A stretch of 58,918 nt of DNA, counting the filler, from Platydemus manokwari (Eukaryota): NCBI GenBank assembly GCA_037951405.1. It is 5 parts of 5 records of this genome, joined end to end, with 100 filler letters (N's around TTAATTAATTAA, not from the genome) between each part and the next. Parts side by side here need not be neighbours in the genome. Positions count along the whole stretch, not along the records: positions 41,584 to 58,918 come from JBBMOY011104775.1; 4 more parts are not named here. One strand, given 5' to 3'. Below are positions 53,220 through 58,918 of the stretch, in pieces (the stretch's first letter is position 1; each line of letters begins with the position of its first letter). The translations under genes were made by a program, and so were the position numbers. The notes under the pieces were generated by a model. It was not told the origin of the DNA, made no database searches, and saw only the letters and a list, made by a program, of their open reading frames with translations.

Positions 53220-54450
53220 CTCTCCACTTGAAATCATTGTCATAAATGATTATAATGACCACTAGAGGATAAATCTCAAACATATTTTGACATTCCGGTA
53301 ACTGTTAACAGAATCAAATGATATGTGAAACAAATAAATCAAAACATCCTTCAGACAACATATATCTATGAATAATAAAGCAAGTCTCATTTTCACTGAA
53401 TGACTGATGAGGAAAATTTAACTTCGAAAAATCAGATATTGAAAAATTTGAATGTCGAAATATATTTCATTAATATTCCCAATGAGCTCAAATAGTAATG
53501 AATTAGTTGACGTTTAAAACGAATCTTTCATAATTGAAAAAATTCCAAATCACACCCTGTCCTACATAATTGGTACCGAATTCCTACGCTATCATCATGT
53601 GCTTCGATGATTTATAATTCAGTAGATTCTTACAAATCATTATATTCTATGATATTTATTTAAGTTTAGAAAATCCACAACAAATAACATGCCGCACTGT
53701 CATTGAAACATGTGATAATAATAGTAAATAAATAAAATTCGCATAAACAAATTTGGATCGAATAATCTAGATCAATTCTGACTAAGTAGAAACAATCTCT
53801 GAGATTGTCTGGTTGAATAAATTACTCTAGCAACTAATATTATTTTCACTCCAAATTGAAATCATAGTTAGATCACATGACTGATAATGAGAATGAATCA
53901 TTTATTCTATTATTTGATAATGCCGTTATCATTTTCGTAGACATTTATCAAATTAAAAACTTTCCCTCTGATGATGATTTTTCAATCGTTAGAGGTGAAA
54001 CACAGTTTATCGTTGGAACTGAACATATCATTTGAATAAATCCAGAACACATCTCACTAAGAGGATGAAATAAAAAAGAGACGGCATTTATAAATCAGTT
54101 TGTCTGAAAAATTGGTAGAATTTAGAAAAAAATCGAAAGGCAGATGCAGACAGAGAATCCATGAGCAATCAGTTCTTGAATTTATCACGTGCTTAGTCAT
54201 GTCGAACTGCTAGAAAAATTAATTTACCAATATTACGAATTATGAAAATTATCTTCTTTCAATTTCTTTGATGTAAAAAAAATTAATGATAGTGTTTAAA
54301 TACAGTTCTAAATTGGTCATGAATTTCTTTAATAATAAATCTCATTTCTTTCGATGATATGTGTCTGATTTCTTACATGATTAATTTTTCCCAATGACCT
54401 GACGAACTTGTAGACAAGAATGAATAAAAAGCAAGAGATGACGCTAAACA
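53220..54450 (-). pseudogene. Decayed, apparently intronless LRR-GPCR (GRL101/LGR-like) relic G
   Basis: Ordered motifs in broken frames: LRR-like IRNIGKLIF and DSLSASAFRFF, hinge ICSVPTINCVSPLTIEKSSSE, SAACYLL, and TM6-like VKMRLALLFIDICCL (cf. LGR AKRMA.L.FTDF.CW). Confidence 0.42.
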
Positions 54451-55449
54451 GTCAATAATTTTTTAAAAAAAATTGACCAATAAAAACATAAATCTACAAC
54501 AAGACAGAATCATTCCATTTTCAATGCAGACAAACAATGTCTATAATGAATCAATAATAGTTATTTAGAGTCTGAAATTTCGATAATTTGTGATTATATC
54601 AACAATTTTACACATATGGAAATCCAGTAATAAAAATACCAAATAAAATATAACTAGAAAATCAAGACTATTGTTATTACCTTATGACCTGAAATTATAA
54701 GTTCATCTATTTTAGATTTAATTAATTGATTTCAACTTGTGACATTTTATGTATCCATATCAAATTTTACGGACGCAACTCAATTATTCGAACTATCTCA
54801 AAGTTCATCGAAAATAATCAATTGAATTCTGAATTATCAGATTAATCTTATGAACCTAGCCTCACATAGTTAATAAGTAATGATATAAATGTTAATTTCG
54901 TTGCAATAAACAGTAAACAGATAACAAAACACTTCTTAATTAATAATATTTTTGCTACTGCCATAGTTACACTGAAGTCAATTACTGCAATATCTAACAA
55001 ATTTTAATATAGAATCAAATCAATAAGTTTATTTACTGAACTACACATACGAACAACAACAGACAGTTGTGAATGTGTGTCAAATATGTTTAAAAGCGAC
55101 ATTGACTCTCTAATCGACGGTTGTCATGCAATTGCCATAGCGACAGTGCCTAACTATGCGTTACTATTATAAATTTCAATAAGGACACGGAGAAATTGTC
55201 TGCTTTTAAGGTCAGAAAAATAGTGAGTGAAATAAAAAAAGATGTATAATAGAATCAGTATTCACGCAACAAATTTTATTAAGGCTGTTTATACAATTTG
55301 TTGGAAAACCAAAATTTAATGAGTACAGATGATAATAATAATAATCGATATACATCAATAAATCATTGAAATACATGTTACAACACGCAAATATAATAAT
55401 AATTAACAATTACAAAGAGTTGTGGAACTTGTTGAGCCAAAAATCAATA

Positions 55450-58401
55450 CTGGTCTAAAATTGAGTGTTTTTAACATAGATGGAAAGCCAGAAATTAATA
55501 TCATTGTAATAAGAAAAAAATAATTTCTTATGCATTAATATATGCATATGTAGAGATCAAAACAAAAAATCAATGATCTATAATTATAATATTAATAATA
55601 TACATCAAAGCACACAGGGACATCAATAAATGGAAAACAAATTTGCAGATTCAAATAAAAATTATGAATTTTCGTCTATGTGAAATCAATTTTTGCAATA
55701 AATTTATCATAAAAACCAATTTTTTAAAATACAACAAATAATAATAATAATAATAAATAGAAAAATTGATAAATGACATGTATTAATGGACAGATTAAAG
55801 CGCCAAACAAGGCGGCGGCAATCAATTCTAACACACTGAACATGATGAAGCGTCTACATTTATCAACAAAAGGCAACAAATATAATAACCATAATATATA
55901 TGTATATATATATATATAATAAATATGTAAACACAGACGAATATTGGAATTTCTAATCATTCTAAAAATAAAACATAATGAAATCACAAAGGCTACAATA
56001 AAACACGATATTATTGTATCATGGATGAGCGGTGAATAATTACGCAATATTCGCACATACGGCATCATCATCATCATCAATCACACTTGATTACAATGTA
56101 CAATCAAAAAAGAGTAATCATTCAATATAGCACATGCAATATATCACTCGTCAGAAGTTAACTATTCGAAATTTGAAATCAATAAAATTAATAATAATTG
56201 ATTAATAAAATCGATAATCAATACAAAAATCAATAGATAATATCAAACAAAGTGATTTAATGCCTGATTGAGATACTAATAATAATACAATAATAATGTT
56301 AATAATAATAAATTATGCTTCAATGACTTGACAGTCAATTTTACAAAACCAAATTGAGATAATTCAAAATCGAGAAACTGATTTGTAGCGATAAATATTA
56401 ATTTTTCAATCTGTAATGTATATCATCAAATGGAAATAGCTATCATTATATATATAATATTTATCATATATACAATATAACAGAGAGCCATTAATTATAT
56501 TTTGCCTATAAATGAGCCTGGAATTCTGAAAACAATGAAATGCACATTATTAGTAACACAATAACACAATATAATCAATAATACTCAAAAAGGGATTAGT
56601 TTAAAAGTCAATTATTCAGCAATCTAGAAAGTATATACATGTAGAAGAGATTTAAAAAGCAACTTTTAAAAACACATTGATATAATCGATGATTGAAATC
56701 ATGATTATTGTTAATCTTTGGTCATTAAAATCAATAAACATACAATCGCGCACACAACGATACACACAAGCTCACACCATATTTTTATAACAGAATAAAT
56801 CAACAATAATGATTGTTTTCTTCATTTTTTTTAAAATTACTTTTGTTAAAAATAGATAATTGCAAACCATGAAAGACTATGATTCAAATTGGCAGATTTG
56901 GTTGAGATGGATCGATAATTGATGTTTTCCAACCAGTTTCTGATATATAGAATAGAATTTTATATTGTTTTTATATTGCTGTCGTTTTGCAAATGTTACA
57001 AAAAAGCACCCAGAGTATCTAATAACCATAACAATTTATATTACTGTGTATTACTGAGGTCCTGGAACATCTTTATGACTCGGAAACAGTACAAAATAAT
57101 AATAATAACAATATCACACACACAAGCACATACACGAGTACACACACAGAGAAATTGGACAATTTATTTACAAAACAAAAATCTGAGCGAATCAGTAATT
57201 TCAAAAATTAAAACACATCAAAGATGAATGGACTAATGATATAGGTTTGGTGATTTTAGAGTTTCTGATATATTAGACAAAATTGAAAATAGCACATCAA
57301 TTTAGTCGGAGTCAGCTGATTGAAATTCCACTAAAATACAGAAATAAGCGCACACAGCACAGACGCAAACACAGCAAGAAATGATCACAGATAGCTGGTT
57401 CATCTACCTCGGCAAAAGATGTACAAATTCTTATAATATAACAGTGCTACTGCTGCACAGCATTAGCAGTAGAATATATTTATATATGTATATATATGTC
57501 GATATGAAGATTGATATTGCAACAAATACAACAGCTGTGTAAAAATACCAACGACCGGACTTTGAGGTTCATGAGGACAAGCACGCACAGACACAATTAC
57601 AAACATTAACAATACACAACTTAGTACAATAAATTTTAGCAGTTGATTAATAATAATAAATAATAATAAATGATAAAATAATTACATGCGTACACATAGT
57701 AGTAGTAATAATAATATTATAATAATTCATCGGTTCGATGTCAAATTAGACTGTCCTAGCGCGCTTCAAGACCAGATCATAATAGTAATAAATATATAAT
57801 CAGTGAGCATCGTAAGACACTGGCGATTGAAAATAGAGCGACTATGATAAATCACAACTATTGAGAGAGCCATCAATACAAATAAGGACCAGCAAAAATC
57901 AAACAAAAAAATCAAACCAACGCATGTGCTGACGACATAACATAACTTGCAAATATATGAAAGAATAATCGAAATAATTGAAAATGCTTCTTGGTCTCAT
58001 TTGATCACAATTTGAATATATAGATGATTTTCGTTGGGATAGGAAAGATATTCGGGCACTGAAATCGATAGACACAGAACATATAGAGGAAAGCGAATGG
58101 TCTAGGTAAAAATTGAACCAAGGCAAAATAACAATGATAATAATAGAGTAAGAATATTGATAATAATAATAATAATAATAAATACGTCATAATATAGCAG
58201 TGGTATGATAGCGCTGCTGCTCTAACACTGAAACTACTTTGTGATGATGATATACTGATAATATAATATAGAGACACATCAAATGTGTCATCAATTGTTT
58301 CTAATATTCTCACTGAGCTTGTTTGGTGTAGAGCAAGAGAGATAGTTCATTTTCGTTACCGTCAATTGAGTAACTGAGATGCGTATATAATGCGTATAAT
58401 A
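55450..58401 (-). other. Probable long 3' UTR of the RRM (GW182-like) gene
   Basis: About 3 kb directly downstream of the stop at 58402, with strong A/C skew on + (U/G-rich transcript), many (AAT)n, (CA)n and (TA)n tracts, and no credible ORF. Confidence 0.4.
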
Positions 58402-58614
58402 TCAATTAGCACCGGACATGTAAAGCATGTAATCTTCTTGATTATTGATTAGTTCAACTCGAAGAGAAAGTTGATTTTGAATAATATTGATGTATCGATA
58501 GGCCTCTTGAATATTAGCAAACTGTACGATAATCGATTGAGCTTGATGATTTAAGTGGAAATTGATTATCGCTCCAGATTCCATGCAAATTGATTTAATC
58601 AAATCAATATGCTT
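58402..58614 (-). CDS. TNRC6: Terminal exon encoding a GW182/TNRC6-type RRM
   Basis: TTTCAG acceptor (AG at 58615-58616), phase 0. KHIDLIKSICMESGAIINFHLNHQAQSIIVQFANIQEA resembles TNRC6 [36 protein letters not shown]. Possible preceding exon ~58673-58714 (ILFILCQHHWKVLM). The gene continues beyond the window. Confidence 0.55.
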   Translation of the reverse strand, partial: KHIDLIKSICMESGAIINFHLNHQAQSIIVQFANIQEAYRYINIIQNQLSLRVELINNQEDYMLYMSGAN

Positions 58615-58918
58615 CTGAAATAGATGATCAAATTATTTTTTTTATCAATACATTTTTAATCATACAGATCACCATAAGAACTTTCCAATGGTGCTGGCAT
58701 AATATAAATAATATCTGGAAACTTTAAATGTTAGTTAAAGCAACTTTAAAAAAACATATCCAGTAAGAAACATACACAAATAAGGCATCAAAAGTTCTGC
58801 ATGCTGATATATTAAACTGTTGTGTTCTCTCTCTGCAATCGTCAGTGCCCAAGACATATAGGGCAACTTGTGTTAAGTGATCTCCACAAATGTTGGTCTT
58901 TTGCCATTAGTTTTGTTG

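Noticed and set aside
55724-58313. Hydrophobic 75-118 aa ORFs (poly-M, poly-L, YIYI)
   Set aside because: Translations of (ATC)n, (AAT)n and (TA)n microsatellites in a UTR-like region.

Overview
AT-rich eukaryotic (metazoan) scaffold made of five contigs joined by four artificial 100-bp gaps (N44-TTAATTAATTAA-N44). The 41-66 nt GT-AG introns, (ATT)n tracts and gene content suggest a triclad flatworm (inference). Best-supported genes: (i) two tandem, intronless, paralogous Ser/Thr kinases (44431-46233 and 49561-51405, +) that are AGC/Greatwall-like but non-RD (HQD) with a remodelled APE motif; (ii) the 3' exons of a synaptojanin-like gene (RRM-like DUF1866 plus proline-rich tail, -); (iii) a 4-exon Myb/SANT-like protein gene (10965-11719, +); (iv) a Shisa/WBP1/CYYR1-like single-pass membrane protein with a PPxY motif (41876-42345, -); (v) the terminal RRM exon of a GW182/TNRC6-like gene with a long UG/U-rich 3' region (-). 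Intergenic and intronic DNA holds decayed Ty3/Gypsy pol/integrase fragments, an intact 229-bp piggyBac-type MITE, a Tc1/mariner 3' end, a diverged ~420-bp repeat pair and up to seven decayed, apparently intronless, co-oriented LRR-GPCR (GRL101/LGR-like) relics. No rRNA, tRNA or CRISPR array was recognised. All family assignments are by eye from motifs; no searches were run.
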